Part shown: positions 63,346-64,000 of the stretch, piece after piece
How positions within the stretch are numbered: the first letter of the stretch is position 1
Layout: every line of letters starts with the position of its first letter
NCBI GenBank assembly: GCA_030390025.1
Contig: CM059425.1
Coordinates: 165,542,001 to 165,606,000 of the forward strand
DNA length: 64,000 nucleotides
Source: Squalus acanthias
Taxonomy: Eukaryota
Reading direction: 5' to 3'
Made by a program: the position numbers and the translations under genes
The notes under the pieces: generated by a model
The model's database searches: none
Seen by the model: the letters and a program-made list of their open reading frames with translations, nothing else
What the model was told of the DNA's origin: nothing

Positions 63346-64000
63346 CCCTCGTCCCAATAACGGGCGTCTCAGGCCTCACCATTCAGGCGTAGGGATTGTA
63401 CCAAAAATGGGTGCACCTGAAATTGTCGGCCATTATTTCTTCCATTATCCACTTGTATCCTCAGTGAGAGAGTATGGTGCGGGAAAGAGAATAAGATGGC
63501 TTTTCATGGGTTGGTAGAGGCTCGTGCAAACAGAAGAATTAATTTGGCAATTCTAATTTCCATACTTTTCTATCTTGGTCTGTTTGTTTGTCTCTCTGTA
63601 TTTTTTGTATCAGCATATAGAGTACTACAATAAAGACAGACACAAAGCTTTGGTTTGAGGCTTGTCTTATGATTGTGTATCAATATCATGTTAAGCCATG
63701 TGTAGCACTAATGAGTACATCGCCTCCAGATTAGCCATGTCATGTATTCTGAAAGAAAACTACACTGTCTGCTAGACCGTGTGCTTGTGTTAATAGCCAG
63801 CTTTTGGCCCCTACAACATGCAACTTACCTGAGGATTGGGAAATACCTTGGACATAAAAGCTCAACTGCTAAGTGATATTGAACATCTAGTTACCATTTT
63901 ACAGCTTTGAGTCCCAGAGCTCCTTGTAACTCAGATTTGCTGGCCTTAGAGAATGTAATTCATTAGCTCTTTGCCTCAGTGCTGGAGTACTTTAAAGAAA

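Larger units (their letters stand above)
61145..63431. mobile_element. Harbinger-like MITE interrupted by a LINE
   Basis: Left end GGCCTAGATATTCGG resembles the TIRs at 4345 and 25951; GC-rich remainder 63345-63431 ends GAAATTGTCGGCC. Confidence 0.45.

Overview
Eukaryotic, repeat-dominated DNA, intronic or intergenic, probably from a cartilaginous fish (inferred from the repeat families: CR1 LINEs with TTCTATGT tails, L2 LINEs, Deu-domain SINEs, Harbinger and hAT DNA elements, Penelope-like fragments). No host protein-coding gene could be supported; every long ORF is transposon-derived, and most are disrupted. Contents: one near-full-length L2 (about 5.39-9.36 kb), one near-full-length CR1 with an SGNH-esterase ORF1 remnant (50.8-54.2 kb), many truncated and nested LINEs, a decayed two-gene Harbinger (27.6-30.1 kb), a Harbinger derivative carrying a three-exon open Myb/SANT gene (42.6-44.2 kb), about ten TIR-bounded MITEs, and a 25-bp G-rich minisatellite inside a triple-nested DNA transposon stack. 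Most notable: three TSD-flanked Penelope-like (GIY-YIG) insertions. One has an intact minimal hammerhead ribozyme (54995-55032), one has a point-inactivated copy, and one begins at the predicted ribozyme cleavage site. Boundaries were read by eye and are approximate unless a TSD or TIR is given.
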